A stretch of DNA of 33,696 bases from NCBI RefSeq assembly GCF_001194135.2, contig NC_068988.1:39746734-39780429 (forward strand), in the 5' to 3' direction. The notes beneath the pieces are model-generated. The model ran no database searches. It worked only from the letters and a program-made list of their open reading frames with translations, and was not told where the DNA came from. Every line of letters starts with the position of its first letter. The stretch's first letter is position 1. This document shows positions 1 through 10,771 of the stretch, in pieces. This DNA comes from Octopus bimaculoides. Lineage: Eukaryota. The position numbers and the translations under genes are program-made.

Positions 1-4
1 ATAT

Positions 5-45
<41 letters not shown>

Positions 46-313
46 CATATAGATATTTACGCACACACACACACACACGCACATGTGTATTTGCATTTGA
101 CCCTCTGGCCGATAAGTGATGATGAAATGGTGAGTTTCTTTGTTTTCTATTCGCCTGTCTACTTGGTATATGTTCGCTTCTTTATTTACTACACCTCTTT
201 TGGAATTATATATATACATGTGTGTGTGTGTGTGTGTAAAATATTTTCGTTTTGTTGCCTTCTTTCAATTTAATAGTGAATATATACATATACATACATA
301 CATGCATACATAC

Positions 314-368
<55 letters not shown>

Positions 369-370
369 TG

Positions 371-403
<33 letters not shown>

Positions 404-455
404 ACAGACAGATAGATAGATAGATAATACATACATACATACATACAAAGATACA
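1..455. repeat. Compound microsatellite mosaic: (AT)n, (AC)n, (TG)n, (CATA)n, (AG)n, (GATA)n
   Basis: Visible simple-repeat tracts; they produce the YIYI/VCVC/SIYL ORFs in the track. Confidence 0.95.
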
Positions 456-779
456 TGCATGTATGCAAATATACGATGTACTCTCCTGTGGAAGAGAACG
501 CATGAGCGTTTAGCTTTTGCCAAACGACCTGCACAAATGATTTGTTTAAAGTGATCAAATGTTTGTGCCGCACATTAGCTCACTATTTCTACCAAATCTA
601 TGTTTTCTGAAGATGCGCACAGTGCAAAATATACAATGCAAAATATTCACACAGTAAAACAAACTGCTGTTGTGACTCACAGCCATTGAGTTTAAGTTCG
701 ACTGCGTGATGACTTCAATAACGTTTAGCAATTCAAAACTGAATAGTGAAATGCAGAATTAAGTCGGGTGATCGTGAGA

Positions 780-1246
780 ATCAAATATTGATTACTTCGC
801 TAAAAACTGCAGGTAGTATGGGTTATTTCCCTTGGGTTGTTTAAATAAAATATTAGTAACATATAGCAGATTTGAAGGATCCATTGGAGGGACCCTATTA
901 TCGATATTTTTCAACAATCTAAGTATGTCACGAGATTTCTAGATATGAGTTCTACTTACGTGTCAAATAATGTATAAAAGTGATATTGTCTGCAAAAATT
1001 AGAATTTGGACACACAAATAATCAATATTCAAAGTAATTGAACATAAACAATGAAATGAGTAGTTTCCCTTGAGTATTTAAGAAAAAATATTGCGCAGGT
1101 GCTATGGGTTTTTTTCCCTTGGGAATGAAAAAAAATTAGTTCTATGAGGTAGATATAAAGGTCCCTTCCAGGGGCCGTATTATCGATACTTTCAACAATC
1201 TAAGTATGTCACAAAGTTTCCAGACATGAGTTCTACTTACCTGTCA
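780..1246. repeat. Diverged direct tandem duplication, offset ~281-286 bp
   Basis: AACAATCTAAGTATGTCAC at 913 and 1194; GAGTTCTACTTAC at 947 and 1228; GCAGGT...ATGGGTT...TTCCCTTGGG at 809 and 1095. Confidence 0.85.
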
Positions 1247-1358
1247 AGGTTCATCAAAACCAATAAAACGATATAGGAGGAGTTAGCTAACAACGACACA
1301 AACACAAACCGATTTTCCACATATGTAGTAGATATACTTACTTAATCATGTAGGAGTA

Positions 1359-1371
1359 TGTGTGTGTGTGT

Positions 1372-1467
<96 letters not shown>
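1359..1467. repeat. (TG)n followed by a long (GA)n microsatellite
   Basis: Seen directly. Confidence 0.97.
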
Positions 1468-1470
<3 letters not shown>

Positions 1471-1780
1471 CGAGAGAGAGTATGCGTTCAAATTGATATA
1501 GATAGATGTAGATATATTAATACATATAAACGGACAGGCGTGCTTATATGGGCATTTTAAGAAAACCTAGTTAGACAAAAAATAACTTGCTAAATCAAAT
1601 TGAAGTATTAGCTTAAATTAAATTTATGTTATGGTTACAGTTTGATATTGAATACAGCACTTTTCGAATTATTGCGTTGGCCTTTTCATTAAGGATAACT
1701 GTTGTTTCCTCTCCATACGTGTCTGTTTACTGCAAATTCTATATACTCGCATTAACATTAACTTATATACACAGACATAC

Positions 1781-2079
1781 CTTTTACCTCTTTCAGTCAT
1801 TAGACTGCAGCCATGCTAGGGTACCACCTTGAAGAATTTTTAGTCGAAAATATCGACTCAAGGACTTATATTTCTTTCAGCCTGGTAGTTATTTTACTGG
1901 TCCCTTTTGCCGAACTGTAAACACTTCAGGACAGGTTGTAAAGCGGTGGTGGGATAAAAACTGATACACACACACAGACACACACTCACACACACACTAA
2001 ATCTATGTGTGTATGTATGTATGTATGTATGTATGTATGTATGTATGTATGTATGTATCTACCTATCTATCTATCACTT

Positions 2080-2127
<48 letters not shown>

Positions 2128-2293
2128 ACGACGGACATCTTTCATTTTCTGTCAACCAAATCCACTCACAAGGCTTTGGGCGGCCTGAGGCTATAGTAAG
2201 AGATACTTGCCAAAGTTACTACGCAGTGGGACTGAACCCAACCCGGAACCATGTGGTTGGGAATCAAGCTTCTAATCACACAGCCACGCCCGC
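1781..2293 (-). mobile_element. tRNA-derived Octopus-type SINE (family 1, CORE-like centre) with internal microsatellite
   Basis: Minus strand reads GGCGTGGCTGTGTGATTAGAAGCTTG...GGGTTCAGTCCCACTG (A/B-box-like head), then ...TTGGCAAGT...TATAGCCTCAGGCCG..., a microsatellite spacer and a 3' tail ...GACTGAAAGAGGTAAAAG. The same layout recurs at 23550-24071 and 33277-33696. Confidence 0.88.
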
Positions 2294-2962
2294 GTCCCTT
2301 TTGGCGTCAAATTTTGGGATTGGTATATTTTAGGGGTTCATAAACGAATGTAAGTAAGCAGTATGTTTTAGCTAGTCAGTTTCTTTTCCTGCTGTTGTTA
2401 TTAAGGGCATACTGTCTTGTTATTTTGAAGGTGGGCGTTATTATTTGTCCATGTCATGGTATAAGAATTTGATGTTCACAAGAGGATATGGGTAGCTGTA
2501 AAGTTTGTTGGTCTGTATGTTTCTCAGTAGGTATTCATTGTTCGATAACCAATTAGATTAGTATGCAGAAATTTCAACCCATGTGTTTTATGGACGTAGA
2601 CTTTGTGGGATATTTGTTTATATCTCTTTACTTTTGTTTCAAAGGTGCGTTTTTCATAATATATTAATTTAGGCCTTCCGATATTTAAGAAAGTGGGCAT
2701 TATAAGAATTGTGTATATATTCATGTATAAAAATGAGAATACAAATAAATTTCATAAAGTTTTGATTTAAAAATGAAAAGTTTTAACTTTAAAGCTACAA
2801 AAGACAAAAAGAAAGAAAAAGGATTAAAAAAGGTTTTCCAACCTGCATACATTTTATGCATACAATTTTATACAATTTTATGTGCGTGCATGTAGGTTTG
2901 TGTATTGGGGATAGTAACCCATCAAATTAATGTAAAATTGTTTTTGTTATCACTGAACATAA

Positions 2963-3077
<115 letters not shown>

Positions 3078-3299
3078 ATGCATCAGAATCAAAGAAAACT
3101 GGTGACGATGTTCGTCGGCAAGACACACACTCTCGCACACAGACGCAAACAAATATTATTTATATGATGGTTAAGTGCAGGCATCTAGAAAATAAAATTC
3201 GTCAAATTTCAGCGAGTAGGAAGAAAGATTTGCGTGAATGTTGTACCGGCCATGTATTACCGTAACACCTATAGCCATAAAATATCGGAAGGTGTCAAT

Positions 3300-4420
3300 A
3301 ATTTTAATCAGACCTGGACGCAGTTTTGGTTAGCAGGAGAAGACTGTGGGTAGAAATCTGCGATTATCAATCATTGCAATACGACATATTACAAAGGTAT
3401 GTATTGAGAATGCCATTAACGCTATAGGTTGTTACATAAGATTACACCTTACGAATGCATCGTACGAATACATCTTTCATGTATTACATCTTACAAATTC
3501 TTGAAAATTCTTTATAATTTTCAGGAAGCTTTTGTCAGCTGATGTAGCCTTTTGTAAGATTATGGCGACTGACTCTGTCTTTGAACCATTTGATTCCAAG
3601 TATGTATTCTGCTTCAAAACGTACTGTCTCCCCTACATGTAGTGATGTTCACTGTGTATTTGATGCAGGAAGACAAAGAAGATGTGGCATAGAATGTATA
3701 GAAATTGTGATCTTAGCCACTCTATATTATGATGTCGACCTGGTGATCCTGGCATGAGAGCAGTAGAAATGCAACTATTATTGGATAGTTTAATAATAGA
3801 AGTAAGCATGTTTGATCTGGGTTTTAACTGTTCAATTACAGATATAAAATTATGAATATAAATTATTCCATTCCATACAATTTGAGTAGAGAAAGAGAAA
3901 TGATAAAAATTCTTTATTATCTCGAGTTTTTGAAGACTACAGAATAAAGTAATGAACAGCATGCCTTGGAGCTTGAGGAAAGTCTTAAAAGAGTATATCG
4001 TGGAATGTGAATATTTAAATTTATATGGTAATTTTACTGTCTCTTGGCACACAATCTAAGATAAAATTACTTTATGGATATCGATACTGATACAGTACAG
4101 CTACATTTAATGCTAAACCAAAAGCTTTTGAATACAAAGTCTTACGTGAGGAAGTGACAAGAAAGAATGAGGGTATAGTAAATGTGACATGGACTTTATA
4201 ACATTTTCGCTATATGGATTGTTGGCACAAATATATAGACGAGATGGATGCCGAGTGTGAGACGTAAAATTGGATTGCTGGTGGTAGAATAGAAAGAGGG
4301 GGTGCAAAAGCATGAGTAACAATGACGAGACAATGTGGTACAGATAGCTTAAAAGAGATGGTTCATGTTTGGCGACGATTTATTGAAGCTGTATGCATCT
4401 CATAGACTTTGTAAGAATTT
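3300..4420 (+). mobile_element. Heavily decayed RTE-clade LINE: RT domain plus C-terminal region
   Basis: Manual translation across stops and frameshifts gives RT landmarks in the expected order: SIIAIRHITKVCIE (cf. DAIFxLRxIxEK), SVFEPF, VLSPL (3621-3635), LYYDVDLVILA (3722-3754, cf. LYADDLVLLA), EMQLLLDSL, LLYG, KAFEYKVLR, GGRIERGG, VWRRFI. Confidence 0.72.
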
Positions 4421-4879
4421 TACACAGACACATTTGAGAAAAGCTGTCACCGTTCGTTATCGATTTGATCGAGTGGAATATTGTATGAGAACAATAAGCA
4501 CCTTTGACAGAAACGTTTTAAACAACAAACTACCGATCAAATCTCCCTCAAATTACGCTCAGAATATAATTATTTAAAAGAAGAATGATATAGGCTAAAT
4601 AATGTAGTCTCAGGCATCTCAAAACAAATGCAATGACCATTGTTAGAATGTCATTTACTATGTCTGATTAATCAGGTTTGATGTAGATCAAAGAATGTAA
4701 TGAATAGACCTCAACTTCTAGGTACACAGGTATGATTTAATTTCTCCTTTTGTCACGAAGGCACGTAGTTCCTGTCGCCATTCATAAAATCACTACAATT
4801 TATAGAAGGGAGGTAAGAAGATATCCTCAAATAAGAGACCTGTCTCTCATGCTTGAAAAAGATACTTACAAAGGATGCT

Positions 4880-6895
4880 TGCGTTAAAGCAAACGAGTTA
4901 AGTTTAATATCAAAATATACGCCTAATAGGAAGGTGCAGCTATCGTTATCAGTATTGCTGGTGATGTGGGTAAACTATATATGGTATGGTGGGATAGGAA
5001 ACTTAGAGAGAAATTAGCAGAGAGCTCCATAAACCTAACCATATACTCCCGCTATGTGGATGATATCAATATAGCAGACAGAGCCCCGCAACATTCCCCC
5101 GACGAAACAATGTTGATGATCTAGAAGCTATCACTATGGAGAGCATCCAGCAAATAGCCAATTCCATCCACTAGAGTATAGAAATAACGATAGACTATCA
5201 TAGCAAGCACCCTAGCTATAGATTACACGTTTTAGACGTAGAAACGAAGAACGGTAAGGCCCAGATCCTTCACTTACATTATGCCAAACCCATGTCCTCT
5301 AAGTACTTTGTTCACAAGAACGCAGTGATTGAGGACAACGCCAAGTTCAACATTCTGATAGCTAACTTGGTGAGAGTGATGAGCAATGTGTCTCGCACGT
5401 GCGATCCTAGGGATTTGGAAAGACACATACAACACTTCATCCACCGCATGCAGTTATCTGGCTACAACCAAAGGACAAGATTAAAGTGTCCTAAGTAGAC
5501 AGGACGAAGTACAAAGCCGTCATAGAGAGTGATGCTAAAGGGATCTGCCCGCTGTACAGGAGTAAATCTTGAAACAACACGGAAAGAACTAGAAATAAAA
5601 TAATAAGGCCAACATTTGGTATGACAACAAAAAAGTACCAGGGTGTCATCTTCGTTGATGCTACACCTGACGGCGAACTGGCACACCTTTTTAGAAAAAC
5701 ATTAAGGCTAATCTATGAATTAAAGTAGTAGAGAGGCCTGGTACTCTTTTAAAATCCCTGATCTGCAATACCTATCCTTTTGATAAGTCACCCCGTACGG
5801 AGTACAATTGTTGTATGTAGGATGTGCACACAGGTTAACTGTAAGGTTAGAGATGTAGTGTATAGCTTGGATGTTCTGAGAGCAAACTACCTACTTTGGA
5901 GAGACTGGACGCAGAATAGGAGAGTGAATAGGTGGACACTGGCGAGAGCTTATAGAAGCGAAAAGTTCGTCAGTGATATACCAACGTGCTCAGGCAGAAT
6001 ATGGAGGCTCCTTTAATGGCATAGAGGTTAAAGTACTATCAACACATAGAAGTGACACGACACTTCGACAGATTACAAAAGCTACACACATAACATTAGG
6101 CAGATCGAGCCTCAACAGAAAACACGAATGAATGGAATAGTGACACCCCTACCGCTATAGTACATGATTGGAGACAGTAGGCATGAGAAGAAAGAGAGTA
6201 AAGGGGAAAAAAACCGTAAATAATACACAGAAATATACAGGGTAATAGACACACAATAGACATATATGCACTTACCATATATAGAGATAGATGTATAAAA
6301 AGAGTAAAAATGTAAATACATATATAAACACATAAATAAATAAATATATAAATATATCTGTCACATACCTGTGATAAATGTAAGACAGAGGAGATAAAAT
6401 AAACAAAACACACACATGACACTTCATGGACGGCCATAACAATGTCAACAACACAACTAACCCGGTCAGCAGCAGCGGTGGTGCTAACAACAACAAATAC
6501 CACGATGGTAACACTGTAGGCGAACCCAGACACGCAGAGAAATACAGGAACTGGGGGTGGGGTCGGACAGCAGCAGTACATGGGGTGAGGGGATGGGGCT
6601 GAGGGAAAGGCCACATTGCTGCTAAAAACTATGAGACACACACACACATACACACACACACATGCTCACACGCGCACACAAAGTCAAGGACACAAACACG
6701 TACACACATAAGTATACACATCTTAGAAGAACGGAATGGAGTTAGAGGAGCAAGATCACACAAAAAAAAAAAACGAAAACTGTCGCTGAAGAGGTCACAG
6801 ATGTGTGACGATAGATTTCCGGAAGATGTATGTGAGGTAAAATAATAAAATCAGAACTATAATAAACAAACGAATGAAGCAAAAAAATATATATA
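4880..6895 (+). mobile_element. 5'-truncated Penelope-like retroelement (RT + GIY-YIG, 3' UTR/pseudo-LTR), disrupted
   Basis: Frame from 4930: EGAAIVISIAGDVGKLYMVWWDRKL...YSRYVDDIN (YVDD 5053-5064). Then ANSIH*SIEITIDY...VLDV...HYAKPMSSK...RMQLSGY, VIFVDATPDGEL, NCKVRDVVYSL, YFGETGRRIGE (from 5892), VKVLSTH...LRQIT...LNRKHE. Followed by a hammerhead-like motif and AATAAA. Confidence 0.92.
6780..6825 (+). ncRNA. Degenerate minimal type I hammerhead ribozyme in the Penelope 3' end
   Basis: CTGTCG-CTGAAGA-G-GTCACA/GATG/TGTGAC-GATA-GATT-TC-CGGAAG: CUGANGA core, perfect 6-bp stem II, GAAA changed to GATA, UC cleavage site, stem I 5/6 paired with one wobble. Penelope-like elements are known to carry such hammerheads. 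Confidence 0.7.
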
Positions 6896-6968
6896 TAGTG
6901 CGTGTGTTTAGTATGTTTATTTGGCAAAAAAGAAAATGACCATCCCGAAATACAACACTATATATATG

Positions 6969-7028
<60 letters not shown>

Positions 7029-7513
7029 NNNNNNNNNNNNNNNNNNNNNNNNNNNNNNNNNNNNNNNNNNNNNNNNNNNNNNNNNNNNNNNNNNNNNNNN
7101 NNNNNNNNNNNNNNNNNNNNNNNNNNNNNNNNNNNNNNNNNNNNNNNNNNNNNNNNNNNNNNNNNNNNNNNNNNNNNNNNNNNNNNNNNNNNNNNNNNNN
7201 NNNNNNNNNNNNNNNNNNNNNNNNNNNNNNNNNNNNNNNNNNNNNNNNNNNNNNNNNNNNNNNNNNNNNNNNNNNNNNNNNNNNNNNNNNNNNNNNNNNN
7301 NNNNNNNNNNNNNNNNNNNNNNNNNNNNNNNNNNNNNNNNNNNNNNNNNNNNNNNNNNNNNNNNNNNNNNNNNNNNNNNNNNNNNNNNNNNNNNNNNNNN
7401 NNNNNNNNNNNNNNNNNNNNNNNNNNNNNNNNNNNNNNNNNNNNNNNNNNNNNNNNNNNNNNNNNNNNNNNNNNNNNNNNNNNNNNNNNNNNNNNNNNNN
7501 NNNNNNNNNNNNN
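7029..7513. other. Assembly gap (N run) next to a (CA)n tract
   Basis: Seen directly; other gaps at 18863-18872, 23749-23896 and 31034-31197. Confidence 1.
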
Positions 7514-7651
7514 TATAAATGTGCATGTATGTATAAGAAGGTAATTTTATAACTTCACTAAACCGAAAAGCAATTTCGTTAACCCGAAGAACAAAACTAA
7601 ACATAGGACTGCATATTGGAGTGGTCAGCTGGCACCGAGGCGAAAGGAGAA

Positions 7652-7866
7652 ATAAATTGAAAGGTATAATGAATAATCGCTCCAATCGGTCAAAACAATT
7701 TACATCATTCCCAATATATTATAAACCGAATATAGATATATATTAAATATATATTGGGCGCCCTGTTGTTTTAACATATATTTATATACGATTTTGGATT
7801 ATTTGGGAATGATATAAAGTTGTTTTGACCGATTGGAGCGTTTATTTATTATACCTTTCAATTTAT
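7652..7866. mobile_element. 215-bp palindrome with ~95-bp inverted arms, probable MITE with TA ends
   Basis: Left arm ATAAATTGAAAGGTATAATGAATAATCGCTCCAATCGGTCAAAACAA... matches the reverse complement of the right arm ...TTGTTTTGACCGATTGGAGCGTTTATTTATTATACCTTTCAATTTAT; central GGGCGCCC; TA at 7653-7654 and 7864-7865. Confidence 0.8.
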
Positions 7867-7890
7867 ACGTGCACTGCAAACTGCATCGCT

Positions 7891-8111
7891 AATAACAATC
7901 ATTTTAAATTTTGGTACAACGCCAGCAGGTTCGGTGGCAGAGGGCTAGTTGATAACACCGAGCTCAGTGTTCAACTGATACTTATTTTATCGACCTTGAA
8001 ATGATGAAAGGCGAAGTCGATCTTGGGAGATTTTGAACTCAGAACGTGCAGACAGATGAAATGCCGCTAAGCATTCTGCCTGTTGTTCTAACGAATTTGC
8101 CAGTTCGCCGC
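7891..8111 (-). mobile_element. tRNA-derived SINE (family 2, Meta/MESC-like centre)
   Basis: Minus strand: GCGGCGAACTGGCAAATTCGTTAG...GTTCTGAGTTCAAA (B-box-like)...GTCGACTTCGCCTTTCATC...GTCGATAAAATAAGTA (read through mismatches), short AT-rich tail. The domain name is recalled, not searched. Confidence 0.75.
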
Positions 8112-8203
8112 GTTAACAACAACCACAACATAAACTACAACAACCGCAACAAAAACAACAGCAGCACACATACGCACGCACACACACGCACAGAGTCATA
8201 TGC

Positions 8204-8241
<38 letters not shown>

Positions 8242-8335
8242 GGATTACTGTAGTGGTTCAAATACCTATAATTTAGTATTGTCATGTGCTCCGCATATAA
8301 GAGTAACACTTCACCCTTCACCCAATAACTGAATC

Positions 8336-8430
8336 CGCGTCTACACGCTATAAAATATAATCACACGACCAGTACGACGCTGTATGACTGTGCTCAGCGA
8401 ATCGAATTCGTGTCGAGTTCAGTTTATTTT
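8336..8430 (+). promoter_or_regulatory. Possible TATA-containing promoter in a small CpG-rich patch
   Basis: TATAAAA at 8349-8355, 10 CpGs in 8336-8417, Inr-like CCAGT/TCAGT downstream. Motif evidence only. Confidence 0.22.
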
Positions 8431-9279
8431 TCCAGATTTTTTGTACTTAGTTTATGTTCCTGAGAGTGACACAAATAATGCGTTTTATATTTATCTCTAC
8501 CTAGAAATAGATATTTTAGAAATGTGTTTGTTTTTGAAAACTGATTTGGTAAAGAAAATTATCCAAATAATTTATGCTAGTGTTCTTAAATGTATTGTTT
8601 CACGTAACTAGGATTTTAAACCAGGCCGAATATCAATAAATCAATGATACATAGTTGATACAATAACGTCTATCCGCTTAAAGTAATAAATCATATAGCC
8701 ATTGTTCTGGAAATTAGACTGACACTACTGGAATGTATAAGTAGCTCATATGAAATCTAGTAAATATTTCGATTCCAAGCTGAGGTTGTTTCATTTCGGA
8801 GTTTGTTGTAAATAATACTCTTTCCTTAAGTCTGGAAATATTCTTGACAGATAAAAAAAAATTGATTAATAATCTCTTTTAAATCTTTAGTTATTTTAAC
8901 AAAAAGAAAAAAAAACACAATTACATAATTCATGCATGCACTGTTTTGCTAGCAAGGAACCAAAGCAGAGTACATACGGTGACATGAGGTTTAATAAAAT
9001 TGGTGTAGTATAACTAGAACTTGGAGTAGACATTTACACCCCATAAAGTATACTTTATTTTATTAATATAAAAAAAAAACGTTTCGTGATTTAATTACAA
9101 TCGGAATAAGCTGAATAGATATATATTTTTGATATTAAATTGATGTTTTTGACTTCCTTTTAGAAAATAAAACAGAAACATTCCCATTATCAAATAAACT
9201 GATAGTAAAAACTAATCTGTTCAAAACTTTCTCCCGTATGCATATTCGTTCATTTTCCTGAAGTCTATAGTAGTGGCCA

Positions 9280-10443
9280 CTGGAAATTAATACTGTGAAC
9301 TGTCGTGTAAGTTTGAAGGGAGATCAACTGCAAGCATACCGTAGAAAATATAAAAAACAACTTTTGGGAACAATAGGGGTTTAATGTGGAGTAAGGTTGT
9401 GTATTGTTTCCGTATCGAAGTATGGTAACCTGAAAAAAAGGTTTTATATTTCACGGTTTGCAAAATTTCGTTCTGGTAACTTTGACCTCACAAATGAGCA
9501 ACGCGGTCGACCAGAAACAAAGGTGGATAATGACGAACTAAAAGCCACAGTCGAGTCAGATCCATCTCAAAGTGCCCGTGAATTATCGTTGTTGTTTGGT
9601 GTTAGCAAGCAAACAGTATTGACTCACCTAGTTCAAATCGGTAAAGTGAAAAAGTTGAATAAATGGGTTTCACATGAACACAATGCAAATCAGAAACAGC
9701 AACGTTTGGAAGCCTGCATCATGCTACTTTCTCGTCACAAAAATGAATAAATTTTGAATGGAATTGTAATATGTGATGAGAAATGGATCCAAAACAACAA
9801 CCGTAAACGTTCAGCACAATGGTTGGACAAAGACGAGCCACCAAAACACAGTCCTAAAAGCATCAAAAGTAGCTGATGGTGTGTGCTTAGTGGTCTGGAG
9901 CAGGTGTGATCTGTTATGATTTCATTAAACCTGGTTCATCAATCACGTAGAAGTTTACTGCTGCCAACTGGACCAAATGATGCAGAAACTTACAAAAAAG
10001 AAAAAAAACAACCTAGGTTAGTCAACAAATCCACTCCTATTTTATTGCAAGACAACGCCAGACCATACATCGCAAAAATGACATTGGCGAAATTAGAGGA
10101 GTTGGAATTGGAAGTTCTCCATCATCCACCATACTCACTTGATCTTGTCCCCTCTGACGACAACTTCTTCCAGAGTTTGGATAACTTTTTGATAGGAAAA
10201 ATATTAATTCCGACGATGCTGTAAAACAGGCCATCCAAGATTTTATTGACTCTAGATTGCCAGGCATTTACAGTTCCTGGATGGTCAAGCTACCGCTGAA
10301 ATGGCACAAGTGTATTGACAATATAGGTGCATACTTTGATGAATGAAACTATTTTTGTGTTTATAAAACATTATCAAACTGCTTTTCCTGTACTACAAAT
10401 TTCATACTTGAGGATCTGAAAATCACATAATTTTGTCTTACCC

Positions 10444-10446
<3 letters not shown>
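9280..10446 (+). mobile_element. Decayed mariner (DD34D, Hsmar1/cecropia-like) transposon
   Basis: RFAKFRSGNFDL...GRP...KVKKLNKWVSHEH (WVPHEL); ICDEKW (D at 9775); QDNARP (D at 10051); HPPYSLDLVPSDD (D at 10156), so 34 residues between D2 and D3; ends YFDE* at 10346. Stop at 9748 plus frameshifts. Right TIR-like sequence 10418-10446; left TIR not found. Confidence 0.95.
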
Positions 10447-10482
<36 letters not shown>

Positions 10483-10517
10483 TACACACACACACACACA
10501 CATACACACACACACAC
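10445..10517. repeat. (CA)n microsatellite abutting the mariner end
   Basis: Seen directly. Confidence 0.95.
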
Positions 10518-10753
10518 GAGTGCTTAAGAGATTGCTTCACAAAAATAAGGTCCTTTATTCGATCCCTTTTGTTTGGGATTTTAAGCAAATCTCATTTTGT
10601 ATACTCTTGAATCGAAACGCCTTGCGAATGAACCAGGGTAGACGTAAATACAAAAAGAAACTTCGTTTATAATCGTTTGCTTTTATCATTTATTACGTCA
10701 GCAAGTAACTGTAATTTCTGAGTTCATGCCACTGGCCTACTTGACTTTTATAG

Positions 10754-10771
10754 GAAAAAGAATAAGCGCAG
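10754..10771 (+). CDS. Candidate 18-nt microexon (KKNKR) of an unknown gene
   Basis: TTGACTTTTATAG|GAAAAAGAATAAGCGCAG|GTAAAT. Splice motifs and phase compatibility with 11627-11664 only. Confidence 0.25.

Noticed and set aside
85-573. Five overlapping ORFs at the window start, and similar ORFs at 1360, 2005, 2905, 6795-7685, 10361, 18763-19076, 23710, 26672 and 30728-31416
   Set aside because: They are translations of microsatellites or N runs (YI, VC, HT, ER, X repeats).
600-640. CTGAAGATGCGCACAGTGCAAAA as a hammerhead core
   Set aside because: No GAAA, marginal stem II and no stem I pairing.
2330-2730. Possible second Penelope RT fragment on the minus strand
   Set aside because: Only vague resemblances (PTFLNI, IYYEK, KHTD) in conflicting frames and order.
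3633-4052. 139-aa minus-strand ORF, the longest non-repeat ORF outside the Penelope element
   Set aside because: Better explained as antisense to the + strand RTE relic; no family motif.
6096-6659. 187-aa and 114-aa minus-strand ORFs
   Set aside because: Antisense to the low-complexity, A-rich Penelope 3' UTR.
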